Positions 20,104 to 30,741 of a stretch of 64,000 nucleotides of DNA are shown piece by piece (the first letter of the stretch is position 1; every line of letters begins with the position of its first letter). The notes under the pieces are model-generated. The model had not been told where the DNA came from and did no database searches. It saw nothing but the letters and a program-made list of their open reading frames with translations. Source of the DNA: a bacterium (GTDB taxonomy: Bacteria > Krumholzibacteriota > Krumholzibacteriia > G020349025); the NCBI GenBank assembly GCA_031362565.1, contig JANLSU010000070.1, positions 32,001 to 96,000 on the forward strand, given 5' to 3'. A program made the position numbers and the translations under genes.

Positions 20104-20685
20104 CTACGAGTCGACCCCGAACGACTCACCCTGCAGCATTTCCTTCAGCCCTTCCCGCGCCCGGTGGATCCGTGCCTTCACCGTGCCGAGCGGTATGTCG
20201 AGCGCCTGGGCGATCTCCTCGTAGGTAAGCTGTTGTTGGTGGCGCATCAAGAGAATGACGCGATAGTGCTCCGGCAGTTTGTCGATGGCGGCGCGAATCC
20301 GCGCGTTGACTTCGTTGCGTTCCGAGGCTTCGTCCGGACGCTGGCCCGGGTCTTCGAGTTGGCGGGCAATCGGTCCTTCGTCACCGTCGACCGGCTCGTC
20401 GATGGAGTACATCTTCATGCGTTGCTTGCGGATGTGGTCGATGCACAGGTTGGCGGTGATCTTGTACAGCCAGCTCGAGAAGGCGTACACGGGGTTGTAG
20501 CGGTCGAGGCCCTTGAACGTCTTGACGAAGGCTTCCTGCGATAGGTCGCGCGCCTCTTCGGGGTTGCGCACCATTTTACGGCACAAGTTGTAGACGGAAT
20601 TCTGGTACTTGCGCATGAGCAGGGTGTACGCCATCTGATCGCCGTTTTTGCAGCGTTCGATCAGCAGCAAGTCTTCCTGCTTCAC
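20104..20685 (-). CDS. ECF RNA polymerase sigma factor (SigW/SigE-like)
   Basis: EEARDLSQEAF, FSSWLYKITANLCID, LTYEEIAQALDIPLGTVKARIHRAR. Confidence 0.92.
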   Translation of the reverse strand: MKQEDLLLIERCKNGDQMAYTLLMRKYQNSVYNLCRKMVRNPEEARDLSQEAFVKTFKGLDRYNPVYAFSSWLYKITANLCIDHIRKQRMKMYSIDEPVDGDEGPIARQLEDPGQRPDEASERNEVNARIRAAIDKLPEHYRVILLMRHQQQLTYEEIAQALDIPLGTVKARIHRAREGLKEMLQGESFGVDS

Positions 20686-20769
20686 CCGGCGTTCCCTTGC
20701 GTGCGAGCAAACCCGCAGGCCGGGACGAGGCATGCGGGCACGATCTTGGGCGCGGCGAGCACTTCGACC

Positions 20770-21150
20770 CTAGCGAACGGGCCCATGTCCGGCAAGGGGC
20801 CGCGGTCGCGATGCGGTTGGGGACGGCGGCGCACGGTGACTGTCGGAGCTCGGGTCCTCGTGGGTCGTGCCCCACCGCGCGGCGACGGCGGCGACCAGGC
20901 CACGCAGGGCGAGTTGCAGGGGTCCGATGGCGATCGCCGCCAGCCGTTTCTTGCCCGATTGCCACATCGGACGGGCGAAGAAGCGCCCGGCCACGGCGCC
21001 GGCGAGAACGCCCGCCACCAGCCACGGGGCCGGATTCCGTCGCACCCGCCGCGCCAGCTCATGGTGCGACACCAGACCATCGACCGCACCAATCACACTC
21101 TGTCGACGGGCGCGGATGGCGTTGACGAGTTCGTCGGCTTGTCGCGACAC
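20770..21150 (-). CDS. YqjK/DUF3618-like small membrane protein
   Basis: GGAGG RBS; RRNPAPWLVAGVLAGAVAG TM segment; third gene of an elaB-yqjE-yqjK-like triplet. Confidence 0.55.
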   Translation of the reverse strand: MSRQADELVNAIRARRQSVIGAVDGLVSHHELARRVRRNPAPWLVAGVLAGAVAGRFFARPMWQSGKKRLAAIAIGPLQLALRGLVAAVAARWGTTHEDPSSDSHRAPPSPTASRPRPLAGHGPVR

Positions 21151-21503
21151 GTAATCGCCTCCCACAGCATGGCACGGGTGCGCGGCAACAAGATGGCGCC
21201 CGCTCCCCGCATGAAGCGCCAACCGGCCCACCATGCCGCCGCCGCAATCAGGAGGTACACACCGGCCACGATCGCCGCAGCGCCGGCCGGCGGAACCGAG
21301 CCCGCCAGCCAGAGAAAAAGCGCCACGCCGGCAGCCACCAGAACGAGGCTGCCGGTCGTGACGCCGAATGCGAGCAGAAACAAGGAGGAGAGCAGCCGCT
21401 TCGAGCCCTCGGTCGCCTCGACGCGCGCCAGTAAGGCATGGAGTCGGGCATACTCACGCACTTCGGATCCGACTGCGCGCACGTGTTCGTCGATGAGCGG
21501 CAC
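21093..21503 (-). CDS. YqjE / holin-X-family membrane protein
   Basis: LLARVEATE followed by two TM helices and LPRT; position after the DUF883 gene. Confidence 0.65.
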   Translation of the reverse strand: MPLIDEHVRAVGSEVREYARLHALLARVEATEGSKRLLSSLFLLAFGVTTGSLVLVAAGVALFLWLAGSVPPAGAAAIVAGVYLLIAAAAWWAGWRFMRGAGAILLPRTRAMLWEAITCRDKPTNSSTPSAPVDRV

Positions 21504-21526
21504 CGGCCCTCCCCTACGCGCTTGGT

Positions 21527-21760
21527 TCAGCGGCGGCGGAGCCGCGCCCCAGCCAGGAGCCCAACCGCCGCTCCGATACCAAGGGCATAGAGCAACGTCC
21601 GCACGGGATGCTGCTCGACCTCGTGCGCGACGCGCTCATGGCCGTTGTTCACACCGTCGCGAACGCGATGCTTCGCGGTTTCGATCGTGCTTTGAAGGCG
21701 CGCACCCGCGGTGCGATGCGGCGTTTCGGTTGTCCCAAACGTTTCTGGCGTTGTTTCCAT
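21527..21760 (-). CDS. DUF883 (ElaB/YqjD)-family protein
   Basis: GAGGAG RBS; C-terminal VEQHPVRTLLYALGIGAAVGLLAGARLRRR. Confidence 0.75.
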   Translation of the reverse strand: METTPETFGTTETPHRTAGARLQSTIETAKHRVRDGVNNGHERVAHEVEQHPVRTLLYALGIGAAVGLLAGARLRRR

Positions 21761-21779
21761 GACCTTTTCACTCCTCTGA

Positions 21780-23297
<1,518 letters not shown>

Positions 23298-23446
23298 TCG
23301 CGGCGGGCGAACGGCTCCGGCACAGCGGATCGTCGCGCCACCCATGCCCAGAGCCACGGTGCCGCGCGTTGACACTCGAACGCGGCAGGCGGTAGCGTGC
23401 CGTTCGGGACGCGGTTCCGGTTCGGGATCGCTGGGAGGGTGCGGGG

Positions 23447-23983
23447 ATGCAGACGACCGACGACGTGACGTTGCCGGGACGCTCACGCCTGGTCGAAATG
23501 GCGCGCGCGGTCACCCCGCCACGCTTCCTTCGCCTCTATGAAGAACGGGCCACGTTCCGGCGCCGCGTGCAACGCGCCGTGACCTGGTCGTTCGTGCCGG
23601 TGCTCGTGTGGGCCTTCGTGTTCGCGGACGGCGGGCTCTTCTCCATCGTCGCGCGGCGCGTGCACCTCTGGCAGTTGGAGCGCCAGGTCGTGCGTCTGGA
23701 AGCACGCCAGGCCGTCCTCCTGCAAGCCATCGAACATCGCGAATCGGACCCCGTCGTACTCGAACGGCTGGCGCGCGAGCGATACGGAATGGCGCTCCCC
23801 GGCGAGACGGTCTATCGGATCGTCGAGATCACACCCGAGAAGGGCCGCGCGATTGCGCGCGAGCAGCGTAAGCTGGCGAAGGCGGCGGGTGCGGCCGAGG
23901 CGGCGGACAAAGCCCCAGTCACCAAAAAGCGTGAGGCGCGCCACCACGGTGACGCGCCACCTCCCACGCTCCGACGACGGTGA
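23447..23983 (+). CDS. ftsB: septum formation initiator FtsB/DivIC
   Basis: TM, coiled coil, DPVVLERLARERYGMALPGETVY; canonical position after eno. Confidence 0.8.
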   Translation: MQTTDDVTLPGRSRLVEMARAVTPPRFLRLYEERATFRRRVQRAVTWSFVPVLVWAFVFADGGLFSIVARRVHLWQLERQVVRLEARQAVLLQAIEHRESDPVVLERLARERYGMALPGETVYRIVEITPEKGRAIAREQRKLAKAAGAAEAADKAPVTKKREARHHGDAPPPTLRRR

Positions 23984-24000
23984 AACTCTGCGGGCCGCGA

Positions 24001-24351
24001 TCAGACACTGCGGCCGCGAATCAATGCGAGCAGACGGAACCAGGCCGACCCGATGGTCGAGTTCGTGGCGTCCGTGGCGCCTGCCGACCACGTGGGCGGA
24101 ATGCGCGGCCCGGGAGGACCTTTGGGCAGCGTCGGCAGCGGAATCACGTCGCCGCCACGGTTGCTTGGCGCCGGCGCCTGCACGCTCCCCAGCGGCGCAC
24201 TGGGAATCTCCAGGCTCGGCGAGCGACGTTGATCGAGCGATCCCTCCTCGCCTTGGGCAACGGACGCGAACCCTCCCAGCACCACGAGTGCGAGGGCCAA
24301 AGTCATCGTCCAGCGAGTGATCGGGCTTGCGGTGCGGTGTTCGCGCAACAT
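24001..24351 (-). CDS. small secreted Pro-rich protein (about 116 aa)
   Basis: GAGGTGAGAGAG before ATG; signal peptide (TLALALVVLGGFASVAQG); Pro-rich core; C-terminal AWFRLLALIRGRSV. Confidence 0.6.
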   Translation of the reverse strand: MLREHRTASPITRWTMTLALALVVLGGFASVAQGEEGSLDQRRSPSLEIPSAPLGSVQAPAPSNRGGDVIPLPTLPKGPPGPRIPPTWSAGATDATNSTIGSAWFRLLALIRGRSV

Positions 24352-24717
24352 CTCTCTCACCTCTCTCGTCGACATCGTCGACGTGCGTCGGGTTTGTCTC
24401 TGGGCTCCGGGCGTCGGGGGGCGGCTGACCGGGCCCGGGGGGTGTGGGCCCCGGTCGCCACCTTCCGTCTCGCATCCCGCCGGTGTCCTGGCCGGCGGTA
24501 AGCCTCGTGATGAAGTGTTAAAGCAGGTGCCGGGCCGCTCCGGCATGTGCCCGCAATCAACTGCAATAAATGAGATTAACTTTTGAATCCCGGCGGAGAC
24601 CGCGGCCCGCCTCTGCAAGGATTGCGGGTGACGCGCAGGAGCTGCACATGAAAACGCCCGCCGGGGCATGGGCCGGCGGGCGAGCGCGCTCCAACAAAGA
24701 CTTCGGGGGTCACCGCG

Positions 24718-26001
24718 TCATTGGGAGGAGCGCTGCGTGAGGTGCGTTTTCGTAATCGTGACTTCGTCGACGGGTTGGTCGCCGTCGCTCGTCCGGGTGC
24801 GGATCGAGCAGCGCCCACCATCGACATCGACCAGGGTCCAAAGCACCGTTTCATCGCGAAAGAATGCCGTCGGGCCGCAGCGGCGCGTCGGTTGCCCGGA
24901 CTTCACCTTGGACCCGGCACCGCTCACGATGTAGATCGTGCCCTTCGGGTCGACATAGTTCGGGTCCTCCGACGTATCGACCGGTTTGCCGTCGCGAATC
25001 GGATACAGCCGTTCGTACGTGTGGGCGTGGCCGTTGAAGACCACATCGACGTTGTAGCGATCGAACACCGGCAGCAGCCGTTCCACTACCTTGGCGGTAT
25101 CGCCTTTGTAGGTGCAGGTCAGGCCGGGGTGGTGGAAGTAGACGAACGTCCAGTCGGCGCCGCGATGCGACTGCAAATCCTCTTCGAGCCAGCGGACTTG
25201 GTTGTCGACGTCGTAGATTTCCGAATCGCGCGTGTCGAGCGCGATGAAGTGTGCCGTGCCCCAGTCGTAGGAATAGTAGTGCTCGTTGTTGGGCAGGTAC
25301 CACTCGCTGCGGAAGTTCTCGTTCGGGTCCACATGCCAATCGTGGTTGCCGAGCGCCGGCCAGACCGGGATCCGGCACAGAAGGCCCTTCCACGGCAGCA
25401 TCAGATTGACGTCATAGTCTTCGGAACGCCCATCGTCGTAGACGACGTCGCCGCAAATGAGTCCCAGCTCGGGGTGCGGTGTGGCGCGCAGGATCGAGGC
25501 AGCGGTCTTGGCGTGCTCGCCGTCGGGATCCCCGACGTCGCCGGTGACGAAAAAGGTGAACCGGCCGTCTTTGCGCCCGGCGTCCGTTTGAAAGGTGAAT
25601 TCCGGGCCTTCGGCCAGGGTGGTTTCACCGGATCGCACCCGGTAAAAATAGGTCGCACCGGGTGCGAGGCCGCGCAGCACCGCCACGCGCCGGGCACCGT
25701 CGGACGTCGCGGTGGCGGTGGCGCCAAAGGACGGGCTCGTGCCGTAGTCGACAGCCGGAACTCCGTCGGCGGTCGCAATCCACGCCACGAGCACCGAGTC
25801 GGTCGCGAGTCCCTGCAGGTACGGCATGCGGAGCACGCCTGCGGGCAACGGCGCGAAGACTTCTTGGGACTGCTTCTTGTTTTTCTTTTTCTTGCGCTTC
25901 GGCCTCTCGTCCTCGTCTTCCTTAGCCGCAAAAGCCACGGTTGTGAGGAGAGAGACCGCGAACGCGGCCAACAAGAAACGTTTCCAGGTGTGGTGCGACA
26001 C
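24718..26001 (-). CDS. secreted purple acid phosphatase-family metallophosphoesterase
   Basis: Signal peptide, FN3-like domain, GDVG, GDVVY, GNHD, HH, GHAHTYER. Confidence 0.88.
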   Translation of the reverse strand: MSHHTWKRFLLAAFAVSLLTTVAFAAKEDEDERPKRKKKKNKKQSQEVFAPLPAGVLRMPYLQGLATDSVLVAWIATADGVPAVDYGTSPSFGATATATSDGARRVAVLRGLAPGATYFYRVRSGETTLAEGPEFTFQTDAGRKDGRFTFFVTGDVGDPDGEHAKTAASILRATPHPELGLICGDVVYDDGRSEDYDVNLMLPWKGLLCRIPVWPALGNHDWHVDPNENFRSEWYLPNNEHYYSYDWGTAHFIALDTRDSEIYDVDNQVRWLEEDLQSHRGADWTFVYFHHPGLTCTYKGDTAKVVERLLPVFDRYNVDVVFNGHAHTYERLYPIRDGKPVDTSEDPNYVDPKGTIYIVSGAGSKVKSGQPTRRCGPTAFFRDETVLWTLVDVDGGRCSIRTRTSDGDQPVDEVTITKTHLTQRSSQ

Positions 26002-26333
26002 GCGTGCTGAACCACCTGTGTTGCGCCCTTGGCGGTGCACCGGCACCGCGCGAGGGCTTTCGACTCCGCCGACGACGGGCGCCTCGTTGGCGCCCGATCC
26101 CGTTCGCGTCGCCGCCTGCTGCCTCTCGGCTCGGCCGCAACCCAACTCGGGGAAGGGGCCTCTGCTCAAGCTGTTGCGACGGCGACGCGTCCGTCAACAA
26201 GAAGGTAGCGCGGGGGGCGTGCGAAGGTGTCACGCGCGAGTCGGAGGTCTGTACCAGGTGTGTAAAAGATGCGCCGGGCAGCCGGGACGTGAGCCGGCGG
26301 CGCCGAGCGCCGCGGTCCGCCCACCGTCCTTGC

Positions 26334-26534
26334 TCAATCGAGCAGGCGGTGCCACCAGCCCCAGATGCGCTTGCGCATGGCCGGCATATCCGGAGCCTCG
26401 AGCATCACCATGTCTTCGTGCGACCAGCCGCGTGGTAATGCGACCAGAGCGTCAGTGGCGATTTGACGGATCTCGAACCCCAGATAGAAATCGACGACCT
26501 GGGGCGGCGTCTGTGACTTTGCGGCGGCGATCAC
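26334..26534 (-). CDS. hypothetical protein (66 aa)
   Basis: Strong GGAGGAGG RBS before GTG; non-shadow amino-acid composition (DFYLGFEIR...KRIWGWW). Confidence 0.6.
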   Translation of the reverse strand: MIAAAKSQTPPQVVDFYLGFEIRQIATDALVALPRGWSHEDMVMLEAPDMPAMRKRIWGWWHRLLD

Positions 26535-26743
26535 GGCGTCCTCCTCCAAGGTTCCTGTCTCCCTACCTAGCACCCTTCGCACCCTCAAACGAATACGGTA
26601 CCGCGCTTGTTCCCGCAAGTTGCGGCCCGCGCCAAGAAGGGCTAGCGAGAACCCGATTGCGTTCCCCGGATGGTCGTCCGCACGCCAGTACGGACGCCGT
26701 CCACACGTGGCTCGGAGCTGCAAAATGCCATCGTTGTGGGGGG

Positions 26744-26773
26744 TTGACGCGCTGTCTTGGGTTCCCGTACGTT
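26744..26773 (+). promoter_or_regulatory. sigma-70-type promoter of the tRNA
   Basis: TTGACG-N18-TACGTT, 14 nt before the tRNA. Confidence 0.45.
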
Positions 26774-26787
26774 CGGCTTCGCTTTGT

Positions 26788-26864
<77 letters not shown>

Positions 26865-26872
26865 AATTTTCA

Positions 26873-26929
26873 GAGATGGCCTCGGCAGCCTGGTAGGCAC
26901 TCGACCTGCACGGCTTCCGGGGCCATTTC
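26873..26929 (+). repeat. imperfect inverted repeat downstream of the tRNA (terminator-like)
   Basis: GAGATGGCCTCGGCAGCC ... GGCTTCCGGGGCCATTTC. Confidence 0.45.
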
Positions 26930-27030
26930 GTTATCCCGTCCTTGCGCTCCGAAAAGTGTCGCGGGAAAACCCGGCTGGTGAGCGCCGCGCTTCCTCCGCG
27001 ATGCCGATGAGACCCACCTGATCCTCGACC

Positions 27031-27059
27031 TTGACACCATGTCGAATCTGACATAATAT
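27031..27059 (+). promoter_or_regulatory. toxin-antitoxin promoter with overlapping operator palindrome
   Basis: TTGACA-N17-TAATAT containing ATGTC-N6-GACAT (27039-27054); ATG follows 6 nt after the -10, so the transcript is likely leaderless. Confidence 0.7.
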
Positions 27060-27065
27060 TTGCTT

Positions 27066-27408
27066 ATGGGTGGCGAGGAAAAGGTGCTCGTGTGGCTGCG
27101 AGGGGAAGTCAAAACTCCCCCGTTCTCAAAGGAGGCACGCCTGCAAGCGGGCTTTCTGTTGCGGTTGCTACAGCGAGGCGAGAGACCGGCAATGCCACCT
27201 TCCAGGCCGATGCCTACGATCGGGCCGCGCTGTCACGAACTCAGGATCAGGGACCGGGACCACGACTGGCGAATCGTTTACAGAATCGACCGTGACGCGA
27301 TCGTCATCGCCGAGGTGTTCGAGAAAAAAATCGCCGAAAACACCGCAGCGCGTGATTGATGACGCAAAGCAACGGCTGGCGAGATACGACACCGACAGTA
27401 GAGAGTAG
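27066..27408 (+). pseudogene. RelE/HigB (Gp49-like) toxin, frameshifted at an A7 run
   Basis: KTPPFSKEARLQAGFLLRLLQ...SRPMPTIGPRCHELRI...WRIVYRID..AIVIAEVFEKK. The expected tail SPKTPQRVIDDAKQRLARYD is in the +1 frame after the A7 at 27324-27330. Confidence 0.8.
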
Positions 27409-27417
27409 AATGTGATC

Positions 27418-27741
27418 ATGAAGCAAGAGAAGCGCAAGAGGCTAACGCAAAGAGGATGGGAAGTCGGTAATGCCAAGGACTTCCTCGGACTGTCCGAGGA
27501 CGAGGCGCTGTTTCTGGAGCTCAAACTTGCACTGTCGCTTTTCCTGCGCCAGCGGCGCATGCGGCAGCATCTTACCCAGGAACAACTAGCCCAGCTGCTG
27601 AAATCAAGTCAGTCTCGTATCGCGAAGATGGAGGCTGGTGATCCGTCAGTGACCATCGACTTGCTCATGCGGGCCTTGCTCCAGCTCGGAACGACGAAGA
27701 AGGAGATCGCGAAGGCGATCTTGGAGCGTCAAGCCGCCTGA
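27418..27741 (+). CDS. XRE/HigA-type HTH antitoxin
   Basis: GWEVGNAKDFLGLS...LTQEQLAQLLKSSQSRIAKMEAGDPSVTIDLL. Confidence 0.88.
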   Translation: MKQEKRKRLTQRGWEVGNAKDFLGLSEDEALFLELKLALSLFLRQRRMRQHLTQEQLAQLLKSSQSRIAKMEAGDPSVTIDLLMRALLQLGTTKKEIAKAILERQAA

Positions 27742-27790
27742 CCAGGACCTCGCGGGCGGATGATGATGCGGCGGTGGAGGCTGCGGCAAC

Positions 27791-28786
27791 GTGCGTGCGT
27801 ACTATTCCGATCGATACGTGCTGGCGCTGCCGCGGGCGCACGCTTTTCCGATGCAGAAATACGCTGCGCTGCGCGATCGCCTCGTCGCCGAAGGAACACT
27901 GCGCGCCACCGACGTGACCGAGCCGGCGCCTGTCGGCCGCGACACGATTCTGCTCGCCCACACGGCCGACTATCACGATCGCTTCGTCGCCGGACAACTG
28001 ACGCGCCCCGAACAACTGCGCTTAGGCGTGCCGTGGTCCGAGACACTCGTTGGGCGGGCCCGGGTGTCGGTCGGCGGCACGTTGGCGGCGGCGCATGCAG
28101 CGCTCGAGAACGGCGTGGCCGCCAACTTGGGTGGCGGAACGCATCATGCGTTCGCGGATCATGGCGAAGGCTTTTGCGTCTTCAACGATATCGCAATTGC
28201 CATTCGCGCCCTGCGCGCCACCGGACGGATTGGTTGCGCTGCGGTCGTCGACTGCGACGTGCACCACGGCAATGGCACGGCGGCGATCTTCGCGGCGGAC
28301 CCCGCGACATACACGTTGTCGCTGCATTCGGCACGCAACTATCCGGCGCTCAAACCACCCAGCACGGTCGACGTCGCGTTCCCCGACCGGACCGGGGATG
28401 CGGCGTATCTCACCGCGCTCGAACGTGAACTCACCCGCCTCTTCGCGGCATTTGCGCCCGACATCGTGTTCTATCAAGCGGGCGTCGATCCGTACCACGA
28501 CGATCGATTGGGGCGTCTCGCGCTCACCCTGGATGGACTGCGGAGCCGGGACGAGCTCGTCTTGAGTGCGTGTTGGCGGCGCGGCATCCCCTGTGTGATC
28601 ACCCTCGGCGGCGGGTATGCCCGCGACGTCAACGACACGGTCGAGGCACACTGCAACACGTTGCGCGCTGCGAGTGCTCTCGCGCTTGCAGCGTCCGGAC
28701 GCGGCACTGCAGCGCATTCAGCGACGAGCGTCGAGCCGAACCCTGTTCCGCTCCCGGACGGCATACAATCGTCCTGGGGTCCGTAG
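27791..28786 (+). CDS. histone deacetylase-family (Zn-dependent deacylase) protein
   Basis: HAFPMQKY, GGTHHA, GFCVFND, DCDVHHGNGT, QAGVD, GGGY. Confidence 0.92.
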   Translation: MRAYYSDRYVLALPRAHAFPMQKYAALRDRLVAEGTLRATDVTEPAPVGRDTILLAHTADYHDRFVAGQLTRPEQLRLGVPWSETLVGRARVSVGGTLAAAHAALENGVAANLGGGTHHAFADHGEGFCVFNDIAIAIRALRATGRIGCAAVVDCDVHHGNGTAAIFAADPATYTLSLHSARNYPALKPPSTVDVAFPDRTGDAAYLTALERELTRLFAAFAPDIVFYQAGVDPYHDDRLGRLALTLDGLRSRDELVLSACWRRGIPCVITLGGGYARDVNDTVEAHCNTLRAASALALAASGRGTAAHSATSVEPNPVPLPDGIQSSWGP

Positions 28787-28809
28787 GGTTCGAAAGCCGG
28801 GAGCGCGAC

Positions 28810-29955
28810 GTGACGAACGGCAGAGAGAACGCGCCTGCAGCAAGCTCATTGAGCGGCCAACGCCGCCTGCCACAGATCGACGCGCGGTCCCTTGGCCTGT
28901 TCCGAATCGTGGTCGCATTCCTGCTCGGCGCTCTCTTCATCGCGCCGCCGGACGTTGTCTCGGGACTCGCGTTCCGCTGTGGTCTTGCGGGGCTGAACCA
29001 TTCGAGTCTCGCCGGTGCAACTCGCGCGGTGGGCGCCCTTGGCGCCTTGGGCTTGCTGGTTGGATTGCGGTCCCGGGGCGCACTGGGTGTAGTGCTGGCG
29101 GCGCTCGTCGCGTGGAGCGCCTTCGCGCCGCAATTCGATGCGCTCAACGGCGGTGTTCTGGTGGCGATGCTTGCCGCGATGTTCCAGGTGCCGATTGCGG
29201 CGCGCTTTTCGTTCGACACGGTGGCGAATGCGATGCGGCGCGGTGTTCGCCTCGACAGGCGGCCGGCCGACGGTGTGCCCGCAACGACGACCCTGGCGCC
29301 GTCGCGCCGAACCATCGCCTTCGGTGTCATCACCGGGGCGGGTGGACTCTGGACCGTAGTGCTCTGGGCGGCGGCGCATTCGGCAATGCCCGGCGGCGGC
29401 GGGTATGACCTGCTGCTCCTCGTGCTGCTCGCAACAATCCTGCTTCTCCTGGGCGCCCGCCAGTGGAACGCCGCGGCGCATGCGGCACTCCGCCCGACCC
29501 GCGCCGCATGGGTGTACTACGACGATTCGTGCGGCTTCTGTTTTCGCTGCTGCCAGTGGCTGGCGCTCGCCGACGGTGCCGGGCGTTTGACGTTCATCGG
29601 CGCCGGCGATCGCGCCGCACACTTGCACCCGATTCCCGCCGCGGATTTGGAGACGAGCGTCGTGGTGGTGGATGCCGCAAGCGGTGCCGTGTTGCGCCAG
29701 GCGCGGGCCGCGGCAGCGATCATCCGCGCGCTCCCCGCCCCCTATCACCCCTTGCGGGCGATGGCGTGGCCGGGCGTGGTGTGGTTTGCCGATCGTGCCT
29801 ACGATTTCGTGGCGCGCAATCGGCATCGCATTTCACTGTGGATGGGAGCGCCGGCCTGTGGCGTCGATGGGCGCCAAACCGTTGCCAAGACGGGCCCCAA
29901 AGACGAAGGCCGCGCGCGTCGCGAGCCCACAGAGCCCACACGTGCGCGGCCTTGA
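28810..29955 (+). CDS. membrane protein (HTTM-like) with C-terminal DCC1/DUF393 thiol-disulfide oxidoreductase-like domain
   Basis: IDARSLGLFRI plus TM helices; YYDDSCGFCFR...AYDFVARNRHRIS. Confidence 0.7.
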   Translation: MTNGRENAPAASSLSGQRRLPQIDARSLGLFRIVVAFLLGALFIAPPDVVSGLAFRCGLAGLNHSSLAGATRAVGALGALGLLVGLRSRGALGVVLAALVAWSAFAPQFDALNGGVLVAMLAAMFQVPIAARFSFDTVANAMRRGVRLDRRPADGVPATTTLAPSRRTIAFGVITGAGGLWTVVLWAAAHSAMPGGGGYDLLLLVLLATILLLLGARQWNAAAHAALRPTRAAWVYYDDSCGFCFRCCQWLALADGAGRLTFIGAGDRAAHLHPIPAADLETSVVVVDAASGAVLRQARAAAAIIRALPAPYHPLRAMAWPGVVWFADRAYDFVARNRHRISLWMGAPACGVDGRQTVAKTGPKDEGRARREPTEPTRARP

Positions 29956-29970
29956 AATCGTCGCGATGCC

Positions 29971-30240
29971 TTACGCCGCAGTTGCCGGCTTGGTTTTGGC
30001 GGAGCGGATCTTCTTCACGGGCTTGACCCCGAGCCGCCGCTTCGCCTCTTCGGCATCGTACCGGTTACGAACCGGACGCCGCTTGATTTCAGCGAGCTGC
30101 GCTTCTTCCTCGCCCAGCTTCTCGCGCTTCCAGGGCGCAATGGCGTGGGTGAGGATTTGCGACAGTCGCGGACCCAGCGGGTCGAGTTCCTTGTCTTTGT
30201 CTTTTGCCGCGACCTTCGCGGCGGCGGTTGCTTGTTTCAT
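29971..30240 (-). CDS. small basic hypothetical protein
   Basis: 89 aa, Lys/Glu-rich, coding-like composition; TACATT 5 nt before the ATG suggests a leaderless transcript. Confidence 0.6.
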   Translation of the reverse strand: MKQATAAAKVAAKDKDKELDPLGPRLSQILTHAIAPWKREKLGEEEAQLAEIKRRPVRNRYDAEEAKRRLGVKPVKKIRSAKTKPATAA

Positions 30241-30388
30241 ACTGTAATGTACCCCGTCGGCCGTGGGGAAGTTTCAACGGTCCCCAGAGCGGTCCTCCAG
30301 GCACCTCGCCCAGGGACCCTCACCGGACCCAACTTGCGGTCGCGCAATGGTTTGTCCTGTAGCACCGACGTCCTGGGGAGGACTCTCG

Positions 30389-30694
30389 ATGTCTCATTCT
30401 AACACGTCCGGGGGTGGATCCCAAGCGCCACGCCGGGTTTTGTGCGTGAAACTCGGCCAGGAGCTGCAGGGCCTGCCCTATAAGCCCTTCCCGAGCGAAT
30501 TGGGGCAGCGCATTTACGACCAGGTGTCGCAGGAAGCCTGGGGACAGTGGATCGAGCAGTCCAAGATGCTGGTGAACGAGAACCGGCTGAACCTGTCGAT
30601 GCCGGAATCCCGGGCCTACCTCATGGAGCAGTGCGAGAAGTTCCTGTTCGGCCCGGGCACTGCGCCGCCGCCGGACTACGTGCCGAAAAGCTGA
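30389..30694 (+). CDS. yggX: Fe(II)-trafficking / oxidative damage protection protein YggX
   Basis: VLCVKLG..LQGL...FPSELGQRIYDQVSQEAWGQW...MLVNENRLN; GGAGG RBS. Confidence 0.9.
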   Translation: MSHSNTSGGGSQAPRRVLCVKLGQELQGLPYKPFPSELGQRIYDQVSQEAWGQWIEQSKMLVNENRLNLSMPESRAYLMEQCEKFLFGPGTAPPPDYVPKS

Positions 30695-30741
30695 CGCGGG
30701 CCGCGCGTTGACCGCCTTGCCCGGGCGTCTGGAATCCGCGG

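Noticed and set aside
25870..25900. Poly-Lys stretch (KRKKKKNKK) in the phosphatase as a targeting signal
   Set aside because: It follows the signal peptide as a low-complexity charged linker; there is no further support
26585..26630. Possible -24/-12 box upstream of the 66-aa ORF
   Set aside because: Candidates lack either the GC dinucleotide or a GGCA-like -24 element
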